From Candidatus Saccharimonadales bacterium (GTDB lineage Bacteria; Patescibacteriota; Saccharimonadia; Saccharimonadales; UBA10212): a stretch of 45,600 nt of DNA. Below are positions 45,415-45,600 of this stretch, piece after piece. Numbering within the stretch: position 1 is the stretch's first letter; each line of letters starts with the position of its first letter. The position numbers and the translations under genes are program-made. The notes beneath the pieces are model-generated. The model searched no databases and was not told the origin of the DNA. It was given only the letters and a program-made list of their open reading frames with translations. The stretch is from positions 1 through 45,600 of the forward strand of contig DATCIS010000011.1 of assembly GCA_036507655.1 (NCBI GenBank), read 5' to 3'.

Positions 45415-45600
45415 TGGACTCCGTTTTTATCTGTTGCTGCACTACGGTAATCTTGCTGGCTTTGGGCGCTTTGCTAACCCAGAAGGGACTCATTTTAACC
45501 TCGACGTTTTTAACACCAGGCAGGTCGCCAAGCAGGCTTTTGATTTCACTTTCTTTCTTGCCGCCGACCTGTTTTTTGATGGCATCAATATCGATAATCG
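45404..45600 (-). CDS. C-terminal fragment of an unidentified upstream gene (N-terminus outside the window)
   Basis: The reverse-strand frame is open from the window edge to a TAA at 45406-45404, which overlaps the ruvX GTG. My translation is ..IIDIDAIKKQVGGKKESEIKSLLGDLPGVKNVEVKMSPFWVSKAPKASKITVVQQQIKTESSGS. Product not recognised. Confidence 0.45.
   Translation of the reverse strand, partial: IIDIDAIKKQVGGKKESEIKSLLGDLPGVKNVEVKMSPFWVSKAPKASKITVVQQQIKTESSGS

Overview
This 45.6-kb window looks like part of a small, streamlined bacterial genome. I infer it is CPR/Saccharibacteria-like from gene content and compact genes, but I cannot verify that here. Most of it is densely packed housekeeping genes on the minus strand: rpsP-KH-trmD, rnc, nusB, rpmF, leuS, murF, ligA, htpX/lemA, secG, uvrC, rplY, uvrA, sbcB, obg, mltG and ruvX. 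There are 10 tRNA genes, and all of them encode their CCA end.

Two regions look accessory:
- **Metal and thiol-redox island (12.1-18.5 kb).** It holds an ArsR-YHS regulator, a CopB-type P1B ATPase, CcdA, a redoxin and an orphan cytochrome b. Two inverted tRNA-Ala genes bracket it.
- **Cassette-like island (27.3-31.2 kb).** It sits between two tRNA clusters. A 20-nt direct repeat of the tRNA-Gly 3' end lies inside it, three transcription units each end in a conserved structured motif that finishes in GCACCA, and it carries two unrecognisable proteins.

The most interesting signal is non-coding. Several families of repeated, covarying structured intergenic elements are not explained by the ORF track:
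- an 88-nt element upstream of htpX and of a DoxX-like gene;
- a 35-nt conserved core inside covarying stems, next to ligA and uvrA;
- a rod-like element of about 175 nt upstream of uvrC;
- a conserved terminator-like hairpin at the head of two tRNA operons.

I saw no CRISPR array, rRNA, transposase or integrase. All coordinates and alignments were worked out by eye from the sequence and should be recomputed.
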